In this document: piece by piece, positions 37,157 to 50,045 of the stretch
How positions within the stretch are numbered: position 1 is the stretch's first letter
Layout: every line of letters starts with the position of its first letter
DNA from: Schmidtea polychroa
Lineage: Eukaryota
Assembly (NCBI GenBank): GCA_044892525.1
Contig: CM097887.1
Span: forward strand, 34,782,001-34,846,000
DNA length: 64,000 nt
Direction: 5' to 3'
Position numbers and translations under genes: made by a program
Notes under the pieces: generated by a model
What the model was told of the DNA's origin: nothing
Seen by the model: the letters and a program-made list of their open reading frames with translations, nothing else
The model's database searches: none

Positions 37157-39411
37157 ATCTATAAAGAAGAAAATTTTCGTCATAGTCTGGAAATAGTTAT
37201 TTGGATATCCTAATGAAGTCAGATGGATTTATAAAAATGTCTCGTTAAATTTCGGTTTTACTCGAAGGAGAAGTTATATATATCTTAATGAACTACCATA
37301 TAGAGAAATCACGCAAGACCACCGCCGCTTTGGCCGGTTTCAGTCGATGAGGTACATTGCTCAGAAAAACAGGTTTAAATTGAAATCTCAAGTCAAAAAA
37401 CTTTGTTGGGAAACAAACAAAATGTACATGTAAAGCATACACACCATATATAAACAAACATTAAATATTAATAATCGGTGTAGTTTCTCTATTCCCTCTA
37501 CTAATTTAGTCGGGTTCATCATACATTCGAGCAGCGAAATGATAGCTTAGAATATAATACATCATACGTAAAGTTTGTCCTAATGACGGGAATAACCGGG
37601 AAGGACTTGATCGAAAACGAAAAACGCATTTACCAAATTAAATTAATTCGTTTCCCTGGCACCTCGGTAGTTTTTCCCAATTAATTCACTCAGGATTGTC
37701 GAAATATCAATGTAATTATAACCTGATCCTCTTACATAATTAAATTAACAGTCAATATCGAGGTGTTATTGATGAGACGATGCAATGCCTTAGCATCAAT
37801 ATTCGCAATGCGTGTAGTTATGTTGGTTTCGCTATTTGTATGATGATGTGATTTTTCTTTACATCAGTGCCCGCAATGCATCTAGCTATGTTTATTTTTG
37901 TCATTACAATTGCAACTATGAGTTTTGATCTACCCACCTGACGCTCAATCTCGGATTTATCTGTCGGGTAATGAATTGTTCTCATTGACAGCTATACTGA
38001 TCATTTCCTATTAGAGAGTGGTGTCTTTTCATCTGCTGCATTTTTCCACTGTGATTATTTATCAGTTTCTAATCATGATAAAATCGCTAAATGCCAAAAC
38101 ATGACAAAGATAACTAACAGAGAGTGTGTGTAAGAGGCATCGTTGAAGACAGGCAATGACGGCTTATCTTATCTTGGACAGTAAATATTTATGATTTGCT
38201 TACTATGAAATTAGATTTTTTAGACCGACAAGACAATATCCACGGAGAATGTCTGGATTGATCGGGCGAATTCTCCATCGATTAAACAAAAATTATCAGG
38301 TTCGGGAAATTCCCGTTGACTTTGCCCTATCAAGATAAATCGATTTGCTGGAACAAAGTAGGTAGACGCTACTTTTATACATGACGAATGTAAAGGCGAT
38401 CCTCTTTTACAGGACTATTGAGGCGAAAGGTGGTCTGCTGATGATACTATGAAGACACGACTACGGATTGCCTGACGATGGCGAGTAGAGAAGGCGAAGC
38501 TTCGCTCCGGGCGATTAACGATAGTTGAACTTGATGGAATTATGATTATCAGTTTGGAATTTCATCTAAATCTCTAACTCGATCACACCTAAATAAAGAC
38601 CTCTGGATTTTCATCTCACTCTCATTAGTCCGACTCGGAGTTTCTCCACTCCCCACGACACACCCGAGAACCGTAGACATTGCTACCCACCGTCCTCGCA
38701 TCATCATGAGGGACAGATCGACTCAAATGAATATGATAAAAATGGAAATATCATTTAAAATTGTAATTCATATCACGAATGATCAATCAACACAATTAAG
38801 TATAAATAATTTACCTGGCGACTATGCCATTTGGATTTTCAATCATGATACCTTCGGCCAACTTCCCATCCATCCATCAAAACATCACATAATTACTTCA
38901 TATTCAAGTTCGGCGAGAGTTCTGACTACTTTTACATTCGATAACCTCCAACACCACCCAATCATCGTTTTCATACTCTCGGTTGATAAAAATTTCCCGC
39001 AACAGTGTGTTAGTCATTCATTCCATGTTTCTGTTCTTCATTGGATCTTTTCCGTGTCTTCAAAATAATGTTTGGCATTCCTCGGCATCATGATCGAACT
39101 CCCAGATAGCACCGTCGCCAGTCCCGTAAAGAAGAAAGAAGTCCTCATTATTTAAAAATAAAAATTTATTTAATTGAATCTTCAAATATCTACTACATGT
39201 CTTCGTTATATCAATTAAATCTATCATGACAAACAATTTCAAACCATACCTATAATCTCGAAATTGAATTAGTAAAGCTGAATCGGCAATGAGCTATTTC
39301 GCAATATCTCCTTAACAGTTCGGATTTCCCAAAAAACAAATCTTTTCTTTGCAATCGATTCTGATGAACAGGTAGTGATGGTTATTTCTTCCTAGTCGAG
39401 TGAGTCTATAG

Positions 39412-40130
39412 TGTTGTAATATCGGTATTGAGTCTGTAGTTATTCCTGTGGTGATCTGTAGTGATTTTTGCAGTGTTAATTATGATCATAAATTAAAATT
39501 TTTACCCGTAGTGATTTTTGCAGAGTGTTAATTAAATGATTTTGCGTTTGTGTTATATATTAATTTTGGTCCAATCAGGACGGAGTTGTGGTGCATTTTT
39601 TATTTATTTTTGTTATTTTTTGATTTTTTAATTGTTTTAATAAACATTATTTATCATTGTTTTATTATTATTGTTATTTTATTGTTTTATTAACAATTTT
39701 ATATTTTCTATGCTTTTTTCTAGATTTTCGTTGTCTCTTATAGGTGTAATAGTTTGTTTTAATTCTTCGTACAAATTTTGTTAAAAATTTATTTAGTTTA
39801 TGTTTGGATTTGGTTTTTCGTTTTTGCATTGTATTTTCTAAATTTGATTTTATTACATTATTTCCCCTTTTGTTAGTTACGCGTAGTTAATACCCTATTT
39901 TCTATAACTATTTTTATTTCCAGTGATTTTTATTTTTTAATTGTTTTGTTTTTCTTTTACTATTTATCTCAGTTTCTCCTGATAGATTCTTCTATTTTTT
40001 TAATTTATAGTTATTTTGATTTAATTCGGTTAAGGTTACCTCTATTTGCCTATTTTACTTTTACTTGGCGTTTTCTCTTATACCCGATTCAGCTCTATCT
40101 TGTATTGCAACTTCGAGGTTTAGCCCAACA
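39412..40130 (-). mobile_element. LTR-like unit
   Basis: Right end TAGCCCAACA as at 2656 and 9127, T-rich interior. Left boundary and TSD not confirmed. Confidence 0.45.
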
Positions 40131-40646
40131 GATGCAACCTTGAAAGGATTGCCGCAATCCAGCGCGGTTTGGACTACCCGTGGAGCCAGTTAAGCAAGAG
40201 CCAGTGAGCAACAACAAGCGCTCACAGGAGACGCGGACGCCCCCGAAAGGTGCCACCAAAGCAGTAAATCGATCAAAATCGCTGTGATGACATATATATT
40301 GTGCATTCACTTTTTCCTTGATTAGAACTATAAAAATGTTGTTTCATTCATTTGAAATTATAATGACGAATAAATTATGTATTGATGTCGTGCGTTTGAA
40401 TAAAATGTATTTGTATTTGAGCGATATCCTCCTGAGAGATAGAGATAGGCCCGGGAACCTCACGTTCCGAATAACTCTGAGAAGGACCGAAGTTATTGTA
40501 ATCGTGGTATAAAGCAGTGCACTCGAGGTCATTGACTCTCCTCTCGTCATTAATACTAACAAAATAAATGGCATTATTGATTAAGAAATAAATGAATTAA
40601 CTAAACTATAATGATAGTTGTCGCTATCCATCTCCTAATTTTAGTG

Positions 40647-40950
40647 ATGAAGTTAAGGGAAAATATGCAGCAAGACCGGGAACGAGCCCAGGATGCAGAA
40701 GCGCCTGAAACTGATCCAGCAGCTACAGCTTAGGAGCGCCCAGGATCAGATGGAACTACGAGCTCTCCGCCTGAGGACTAGAGAACTGGAAGCGCAGTTG
40801 CATCATCAAGAGATAGAAAAGGACGCGATCGCCCGAATCCGGCCTATGGCGGAACTCGTAATTCCACCCAGTGGTTCGGTATCGTCTGCGCCCCTCAAGA
40901 AGAAGAACTGTCTTGGTAAGGCGACACAAGCCAGACAACGACAGGCATAA
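40647..40950 (+). pseudogene. Possible distant relative of the LTR ORF family (G)
   Basis: CCTAATTTTAG acceptor 2 nt before an ATG. After a frameshift: ELRALRLRTRELEAQLHH and APLKKKNCLGKA. No CxxC or WFxP motif. Confidence 0.35.
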
Positions 40951-41044
40951 TTAGCCCATGTACCAGTCGCTCGAGAAATCCAAGCAACTGCCCCTGCAGA
41001 GTCGAACAAAACCCACTGAACATTTATTGTAGAATGTATTATTA

Positions 41045-41529
41045 AAAAATAGATCTTTCATCTTGAAACACTGAAAGAACAGTTTGAAAAAAGATTTGAA
41101 CAGTTTGCTATTATAGAACCAATAGTCATCTTTCTTGTAAATCCATTTACTAGCCAGGAAAATTTAACAGCATTAGCGACATCAATTGGAATACTTATTG
41201 AAAATAGAGCAGAGCATCTAGAACTTGAGATTTTGGATCTTAAAAATGATATTGTGCTGAAATCGTATGTAACAGAGGAACAATTTTGAAACTTAGTTGA
41301 GAAAAAAAAGTTTCCATTGTTAAAAATTGCGGCATATAAAATAAAATCGTTCTTCGGTTCCACATATTTATGCGAAACGTTGTTTTCAACAATGAATATA
41401 ATAAAATCCAAAAACAGATGTCGAATTATCGAAGAGCATCTTGATGATTGTCTGCGAACAGGAATATCAGCTTACATCTCTAATTATGAAACATTGGCCA
41501 CTGATACTCAGTGCCAAAAATCACATTGA
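41045..41529 (+). pseudogene. hAT transposase C-terminal remnant (SPIN/GTF2IRD2-like)
   Basis: FLVNPF..LELEILDLK..FPLLKIAAYKIKSFFGSTYLCETLFSTMNIIKSKNR..HLDDCLR..QCQKSH*. Confidence 0.85.
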
Positions 41530-41690
41530 CTTAATAAAAGTTGTTTAGTATTGTATTTTTTAGTTTGTTATAGATATACAATGTATATTATACATAATGA
41601 TTAATAAATATATAATTATATTGAATAATTATATTGAAAATTTAACGGTTAAATTAAATATGTTGTTTTGTACATTATTTGCGTTATTAA

Positions 41691-41761
41691 CACTTTAAAG
41701 GCCGATGACTCGAATTCGCATCATTTTTTTATGGATTTTTTATATTCCGGCCTTTAAAGTG
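41691..41761. mobile_element. 71-bp piggyBac-type mini-MITE
   Basis: TTAA-CACTTTAAAGGCCG...CGGCCTTTAAAGTG-TTAA. Confidence 0.75.
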
Positions 41762-41849
41762 TTAATTTGAAAGTCACTATAAATTTACCTTGAAAAAATA
41801 AATGGTGCCCGTTACACCATCGATAATTTGGAATGTGCTTATCGGTACT

Positions 41850-42254
41850 AAAAGGTTGGCGACCATGGCCCTATATGATAATGTTTTATGAGATGGTACA
41901 AAATATTAGGGCCAACTTGCGGGTTGAGAAACCCGATGGAGTCTTGGCGGGTTTCGAAGCTTTCCGAGTGTGGCATACTAACCATTTGGTAGACTCGCTT
42001 ACTTTAAGTCTAGTGGCGTACTAAGGAAGTTCTTGTGCCATGCTACGAGATAGTTTTTGGTTAATGAATTCGCCAAATGGTGGTAAGACCATGGTTCTGA
42101 AATTTGCAAGGTTCGGAATCCGGTTAGGACAGATAAGGTTTTGTTCACCTGAGGCCCGACCTGTGCAAATGGATTGACCCGTGCGGGTAGGAAGCCTGGT
42201 TGACCGACAGAACGACCAGGCGGGCGAAACCCTATGTACGAACCCTCTAAAACA
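41850..42254 (+). other. GC-rich multi-hairpin segment ending in an LTR-like ..CGAACCCTCTAAAACA
   Basis: Hairpins GGCCCT/AGGGCC, CGGGTT/AACCCG, TAGACT/AGTCTA, CCTGGT/ACCAGG, a long ATTTGCA..TCGG/CCG..TGCAAAT stem, and a GTAAGACC donor. Confidence 0.5.
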
Positions 42255-43924
42255 TTTCCAATTTAGTGAGTAGTAGATTAAACTGAGCGCATCATAACAC
42301 AATTTTTTTAGTTAGGATAGAGTAAATTTGTCTCAGGAGATTTAGTAAGGTAAACCAATTTTCCCACTGTCAGAATGACGTCAAATCGGCACACAAGGCT
42401 ATCGTAAGAAGATGAAATTTTTTGCCGAAAGGGCTACAATTAGGAAATTTACTAGAAAATTGTATATTCGTTAATATGCACAAAAGATTAAAATAAGTAC
42501 CTAATATGAAAATCCCACAGTAGAAAACACCAGCCTAGATGAGTATGACTAATGCATTATACAAATAGCCAAGCTAATTTAGCAATCTTTAAAATTGATT
42601 TAGGAAAATTGAATAACGACATCAACTTTTCCTTTTGAGTAATCACGGGATTATTATTAGACAAATAAGTTATAGACAATTAACATGTCCAATAAATATA
42701 TGTAAGTGATAATAAATTAGAAAGTTTAGTAATAGACATAAGGATAACGAAAAACTTCACTGTTCTGCATAAACTTTTTTAGTTAAATAAATAATTAAAA
42801 TTCGCTGTCGAAGAAATCCAAGTGAAACCCATTAATTGCAGTTGGATTTAGGCAAAATTCCCGACACAATTTTCATTCATAATTTAGTGCTGTTTCAGAT
42901 CATAGGATGAAGCAATTCTCGTCTAGCAACCTGAGAGTAAAGGCATCACAGTAGAGGCTCCCAACGTCGACCTTTCACCGAATAATATTCACTCGTTCAC
43001 GGTGTCTGAGAGATAGTTTACCAAGAGCATAAACACTGGAAATGACCAGTCACCATTCTAACGCCTAGTCAAACGCGTAAGATCCGAATAAACCTTGATT
43101 TTTCATACTCGCAATGTGTTTAGGTTTACAAAATCAATAACATCAACATCGGTTGGTGAAACGCCGTTACTATACAACAGGTGATAGACGAGTATAACGA
43201 TTCAGGACAGTTCATCAACAAGGTATTAACTGCCAAGCCTACTGATTAATACACAAATTGAACAGCTACCACCTGATTTTTTGGTTCAACTATCCACGGC
43301 AGTTTTGTTTTTGATTTTTATCACAGATCACTCACCATTCAGTTTCATCACGTTAAATAACGATACTGCTTTACAATCTCCTCTAGTTTCATTTAATGTT
43401 TATGACATCAGTAGTTTTTTCTTTAAATTTTGTGCATGCGGTTGTCTATTTTTAATCTGTCTCAAATTATTATCTTATAACATAATATATACAGGGTTAT
43501 ACAGACTTACTGATTAATCTCATTCACTATAGTCCTTCACTAATCTTCATTAATCCATTGGGTTGCTATCTACTGATATCACATTGCTATCCACCAAAAA
43601 TTTCATTGAATGATAAAGACGTTTGGGCCCATCGGGAGTCGTCGAATAACAACGTTCATGTTTAACCTGTTCTCAATTACTAAAATGCTGTAAAACACAT
43701 TCGAAGATTAGATCGAATTTTTTTTGCCGATATAATTTGATTTAATTTCTAAATTTAATAATTATTAAACAATCACTGGTCTAACCAATAAATTCCGTTG
43801 TCACCCCCTGTTGAATTTAGCTCTTACCGACTGTTGTTGAGTGACGAGTGGCTGACATATATATGTTGAGTGAAAATTATACTCGGATTCATATGATATC
43901 TAGTCTTAATGATTCGATTTAGAA

Positions 43925-44693
43925 ATGGCTTAACCAAATGCGAAAACCTCCAATCTGCGACCTTGTTTCTCTTGTGCGAACAAGAATGCGTCAATGCTCA
44001 CACTGCAAACCAAAATTGGCCATTTGAAGAAACGAATCGATCCCATGTAGGGGACATGGTTCACCCCCGTCCAGATGAAACAAAAAAATAAGAAAAAACT
44101 TCCGTCTCGAACACTACAAAGATAGCCCATTAGAAGAGAATCGCTCACAGCGTATCCTCATTCGAGAATGATGTAGAATTCTCCACCAAATGTACACCAA
44201 CTCAGAACTCAGGAATCGTATCGCAGAATGTCATGCTGCATATCAAGTGAACACCTTTCTCGTCACCATTTGACTGAAGGTTCAAGTTCACCAAAACGAT
44301 CCACATGTCGAGGACATGGGAACAGTAAAGTTGCGTTGCCTGTTCCAGAGGTGATCTACGTTGGTACTAATGTGGCCCAGTTGCCACCGCGGCGCCTGTC
44401 ATGGACACGGCTCTATCCATCGCAACTGAAAACCCGAAACGCAAATCCTGCACTCGGGCGGAACGGACGCAGCGTCAGCGCGAAAAATAGGCAGAGTCGG
44501 AAGATACTCTAGCTGCCACCCATGCCAAAGAAGCCACCCAGATACCAGCCACACTAGAAACTTCAAAACGCCCGTCGTATAGAATAATATCCGCCTCCGG
44601 TACACAAGACAAACAGATTTTGTCCTCGAACAGCTGTTGCAGGAAGCCGAAGCGGATGCGTTTTGGGAGTCATCTACCCCAAACCCAACCTAA
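43925..44693 (+). pseudogene. LTR-borne novel ORF family, copy E
   Basis: LRPCFSCANKN..WFTPVQMK..LRLEHYKDSPLEENR..NPKRKSCTRAERTQRQREK..FVLEQLLQEAEADAF, with several stops and frameshifts. GATTTAG acceptor 2 nt before the ATG. Confidence 0.8.
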
Positions 44694-44933
44694 CGGTCTC
44701 ATTTCTTCTTCGACTCTGTTCGCCTGTAATATGCGTTAACTCTGTCGATATTCTGTAATAATTATAATATATATTTGTTCCGAAAATTTGCACTTGAATG
44801 TGTTTGGTTACATCCTCTTTGAATGCGGTTAGAAATGAAGAATAACTGATGGTTGTAATTTGGTCGCGCGGTAAATCTTGATTCACGTTCTCCAACCAGT
44901 ACCAGTTGGACGATAATAGTTCTGATTAGAAAG

Positions 44934-45174
44934 GTAACACCTTCTATCGGCACTCTGGAACCTGTGTAGTTGTAACGCAGCAGCTAACCTGATCTATAGT
45001 TTTCGCCAACTTGGGGCATTACCAATATTGACTACTTTCGTATGATTTAAGAATCATGTGGGTGTTTCGAATGGTTGATTTTGAAAGACTAAGTATGATG
45101 ATAAAAGAATAAGATGACAGATGCATTCTAGACTACCTGAATGATGTGTGTCAACCTGAAGGGAAACCCCAACA
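44934..45174 (+). ncRNA. Structured RNA motif copy C9 plus LTR 3' end
   Basis: GTAACACCTTCTATCGGC, AGTTGT-AACGCA-GCAGCT hairpin, AACCTG, ATTACCAA. Ends CCCCAACA at 45174. Confidence 0.7.
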
Positions 45175-45995
45175 ATACGAAGAAAGTCATTTGTTCTTTG
45201 ATAATAAAAATTAAATCAATTTATGTCGTTTACAAGTCCCAGAGAATTTGATTTTATCATTTAGTCATAACTTATTATTTAGTAACGAGAATGTACACAG
45301 GAGATGTAAGAGAGGAACTTAGCGAAAATAGACACATACCATCTAACGATAACCTGTAAACCATAGGCTTGACAAACCATTATGAGTTCCAAAAGACATC
45401 TACTTTCTTATCTCCCATTAACACCTCTACCTAGCAATGGGCGTCGAATGATGGATCTATTATTGTATGCTGCTGTGAGTGAAATTAGTTATGTTAATTA
45501 TTTCACATACTTAGCATGAATAACATAGTTAACTTACAGATTCTAAGTGGTATTTTGGAGAGTCTACCTATATTTTATCGGCAGTTCTGATGGTAAGTCA
45601 ATCATGGTTAGATCTTGAAATGGCGATCCATTTCCAACGATATCTACATTGATGTTCTGTATTACATGGTTTCATGTACGGGTATATCGTGTGCAGTATG
45701 TAAATCATTCTAAGAGGACATCCACCAAAACAACCCAATTTGACATTCGCTAGGTCCCTTGGCAATTCCTAATACTCATTACACATTCTAATTTCAATAA
45801 TTCTATAGTTTTCTACAATTAACTGTCTAAATCGGGAATTTAATACTTAATTGATAAAAACCTAACATTAATTCAAAAGAAAACAGTATAGAAAACTAAT
45901 TATGTAAAATACTTTTAAATAAATTAATTTCACTGTTATAATATTAATAGTTTAAATATGAAAATAAATTTGTTTAAATTTGATTTTCAATTTAA

Positions 45996-46322
45996 ATGAG
46001 TAAGAAACAAAACCCTAGTGATTTCTTAAAAGCCATTAGCGAGAAACCTGTTCTCGTCAAACTAACTACTGGTGCTGATTACAGAGGTCTGAAAATTAAT
46101 AATTTAATTAATAATTTTATATTTGTTAAGGGGTTTTAGTGTCATTAGATGGATATATGAATTTGATGCTTGAGCAAACTGAAGAATATGTCAATGGTCA
46201 ACTTAAAAATAAATACAATGACACATTTATCAGAGGAAATAATGGTATAGAATAACTTTCATGATATTTTAATTTGATATTGTTTAGTGTTGTACATAAG
46301 CACTCAAAAACGAGGACGATAA
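45996..46322 (+). CDS. LSM6: U6 snRNA-associated Sm-like protein LSm6, 3 exons
   Basis: [70 protein letters not shown], with two ~43 nt GT-AG introns. Confidence 0.95.
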
Positions 46323-46345
46323 TTGGAATGTACATAAAATAAATT

Positions 46346-47998
46346 TTACAATTTTTTTAATTCATAAATAATTATGTTCTTTAGTTCTTCTAAAATGTCA
46401 TTTTCATTTTCGCCGTACATTAATTTAGTAATTATCATGGTGTCATTCTTTATTTCTTCATATACCTCCTTTTTGATCTTGGATAGTTTATCACCGTGAT
46501 TTTTAAAACCTTTAAATACCTTAATCAAATTTAAGAAATTAAAATTATTACCATCCAACATAATTATGTTAACACATTTTCTCATAATGTTGTCTAATTT
46601 GTGTTTAATACTGATGGAAGAATTTTCGACTATTTGACAGTTTGCCATGTCAGCAGTTATATCAAATGGATTGTTGAAACAGACGTCAAAAAAGTTTAAA
46701 ACTTCATTCCACCTAAAAAATAATGGTTTTAGGGGTTTATGAATGACTGATGTGTACATTATGATTAAACCTGATAATTTACATCTGATGTAAATTAAAA
46801 TTGGTTAATTTTTGCTGTATTTTTAAGACAGTAAGTCCCATCGCCAATATTAATTATATGAGTATGTGACTTTAACAATCTAATATTTATATATGCAAAC
46901 AAAGATCCCTGATGCTAACAAAGTTCGTGCACTAAGATAAGGAACTTATTAAGAATAATTTTTCAATGCCACCGAAGACCCAGTACTTTATACCAATTAG
47001 AACAATAAGAATATAACTAGTGATTCATGTAGCTCGTTATCCCTTGACATATATAATGAAAATGTTCAAATTCTTTTTAACCTCCTATATAAGTTACAAT
47101 ATTGTATTGATAAATAGTGAAGTGGTGTTTTCGTATTGTCGTAACAGTCGCAGTAATGCAAAATTTCAAATAATAAAAATCGTACATGTAGATTAAGGTA
47201 TATAATATTCTTATTCTCTACGACAGTTTCTTTGATAAATTCAATATTTCTAAAATCCATAAGTTCATATAATTAAACTTATCAATCACAATTTTAATTA
47301 GAAATAGTACATTCAAGACTTACGGTTTGTTCTCAATCTCAGTATTTAATAAAAACACCCATTTTTCCCAATAAGTGAATTTTGGAATTTCAAACAGACG
47401 ATTAATTCTCATGAAAGATTTTGATGAAACACAATTATTAACTCTATTTACAAATCTTTCTTTTAAAATGTTGATGTTACATTGACATAATACAGTTGCG
47501 AAACTTAATGAATCTAATATAAAAGTAATATTTAAAATAAATCTATGCACATACGTTTCCTAGCAATTTTAAAAACCTCGTAACGCATACTTCGATAAAA
47601 GAAATTATCATCTATTAAAAAAATGTATTTCTTATTATCATTAACTGGGCAGATGTATCTTAAAAAATTAAAAACATTTTGTTTAATTAAATGTGGTTTA
47701 AATTTATCAGAAATAAAAGTTTCACATTTATTATGCAGAAAATATTCCAAAAACATGCTTAATCCTTCAGAAACAGCAGTTCTGCAATTTTTCCAGCTGC
47801 TTAACTGAACAGACATAAATTAACACAATTTTCATTTTGATTTACCTGAAGTTCATCAATGGATAAATGATTATCTAAAAAAAAGTCATCATATTTTAAA
47901 TGGATAATATGATATTTGGTTTCCTGTAGTGTTAAAAATTTGCAAAATGATGATTTTCCAACACCTGGTAAGCCTATAACAGTTACTAATAAAATCAT
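46346..47998 (-). CDS. PSTK: L-seryl-tRNA(Sec) kinase, 4 exons
   Basis: Walker A GLPGVGKS, YDD, LIDDNFFYRSMRYEVFKIARK, LFEIP..YWEK. Last exon FNNPF..IKHKLDNIMRKCV is joined in phase across a ~610 nt intron. Confidence 0.85.
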
Positions 47999-48776
47999 AA
48001 TCTAAACTTCAAAATAATATTAAAACAAAAATGAAAAATATTTCATTTATAATATAATTCGTGAATAATTTAATGCTATATTGACTTTCGAAGTTAATCA
48101 TATAATTATTTTTAAATTATCAACTTTCCTACTTCATTTGAAATTATAATAAAAGATTGAAATAGCAAAAGTTAATGATGTTTGGTCCAAAGCAGAAAAG
48201 GATAATAAAAATACTTAACAGAATGAAAATTACTTAAATTTCAGTCGAAAGTGATTAAAGTTTAAAGATAACAAAGTGCATTGACAGACGATGAAAATAT
48301 CTTTTGTATTAACATTATTATTTTGACTATCTTTATTATTGTTATTTGAGTTGGTTACAATTATTATGTAGTTATGAAGTGTTACTATTCTTTCAGGGTT
48401 TGGGTAGGTTAAAGAAATTGTGACCTTGTTCCAATATAAGAACCCGTAAGCTGATTAATTCAATTTGCCCGATGATACCTGTCATTAAATGACGTGGGTA
48501 CTCTACCAACAGATTAAGTGTTCAAACAAAAGTGAGTTACGTATCCATATTTGCTAAGTTTAACACTCTAATGCTGGGTTTCCCAATCTTCTTTTGCTCA
48601 CGTACCACCTAATGATGAAAAAAATTGTTGAAACACTTATTTTTTCTTTGTCTAAAAACACCTTTTTAAAGATGTGAATTGTTGTTCAGTATTTAGAATT
48701 TGAAAATGTTTTGGCGAACTCCCAATCACCAGTTCTTGTACCACCAGTGGTTCGCGCCCCACAGTTTGGGAACTAG

Positions 48777-48809
48777 TCGGTTCATAAAATGACCGGTAGA
48801 AGGTCTTTC
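48777..48809 (-). ncRNA. Partial 5' end of the structured RNA motif (C7), truncated by a hAT-type MITE end
   Basis: GAAAGACCTTCTACCGGTCATTTTATGAACCG, abutting AGTTCCCAAACTGTGGGGCGCG. Confidence 0.45.
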
Positions 48810-49565
48810 TATCCCAATTTATCTAAAACGTCTAACACAATGCATATTTTATTTTTTGATGCTTCTCATTCCCACTTCCGTAGGGTTGTGGTCATTGACA
48901 AATATAAGTAGTCTTTTCGAAAAGCGCAAGCCAAGCTTATTTTTGTTACCATGTTCGATCTTCCAACAGACTCAAAATCCAATCAAAACATAGTGTATCC
49001 AGACAGCATTCGTCACAAATGACGTTGATGATGTCAAGCCAAGGTACACCTCGAAAACCAAGCTGAAAACTCACTGGACTTGCGAAGCTTACGAATTCCC
49101 TAGGTCCAAAGTTGTGGATTACATGTATGAAAGATCTACTACTTTTGTGCTCGAATTCGATCAACGTTCTTCTCATTTTCGTATTTCCCTCTGTAATGAC
49201 GCATATCTGTTTTATTCGATTACTAAACGTCCGTCGCAAGCGAGGTTTGTACAGTGATTTAGCAGATGACTAACTGCTGCAGGTTTTTAAATGTTGTCGG
49301 TTAAAAAAATTGTTGGTTAAAAGAATTGCCGGTTTGTATGTGAGGAGAGTTTTTAGAGTCCGGCAGAGTCTCCAGAAAAAAGTGTCGAGACTGCTGGGGT
49401 GCTTGTATGTATGATGATGTAAAAAAATATGAAACAAAAATTAATAAAAATTACAAATTTATTAATCAAAAAAAATTAATACTTCTTAATATTGTCAAGT
49501 ATGGTTACCAGGATTAGGATAATGAAATGGTGTATAGAGTATTTCTGTTACAATGGGATTTTTCG

Positions 49566-49905
49566 AATTATTTCTCTGATTAATCTTCGGAGGGATTTAA
49601 CTTGGATCAAAATGAATAGTTTTAGTATAATTTTTACTGGTCTCTCGATTTCTTTTTTTTTGTTTTAGAATTATTTGATCTTTAAATTACTTCTCGGGTT
49701 AGTCTTCAGAGTAATGCACTTTAGATCAAAATCGATGGTAGCAATAACAAATTTTTATTAGTCTCTCGATTTCCTTTCTTTTGTTTTAAAATTATCGGAT
49801 CCTTAAATTACTTCACGAATTGAATTTCAGATGAATATACTTTGGGTTAAAATTGATAGTCTATTGGTCTATCGACCCCTTTTCTGTTGTTTTGCAATTA
49901 TCTGA
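49566..49905. repeat. Imperfect tandem repeat, about 3 units of ~125 bp
   Basis: Recurring AATTA(C/T)TTC..GATCAAAAT..GTCTCTCGATTTC..TTGTTTTA.AATTAT. Confidence 0.75.
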
Positions 49906-50045
49906 CCTATCGGATATTTCCATAATATAGTAATTGCAAAAAATGTATATCTTTCTTTTTCATTGAAAATAATCCAACTAATGTTCTTCTAATATATTTC
50001 TAATATAATTTTCACTAATATCTTCAGTTAAGCTAGTATTGGTAT

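Noticed and set aside
38425-38470. Hammerhead candidate (GAAA..CTGATGA)
   Set aside because: Stems I-III cannot form.
42780-43250. Possible gypsy protease/RT junction remnant
   Set aside because: Only one weak motif (INTG..PF), insufficient for a call.
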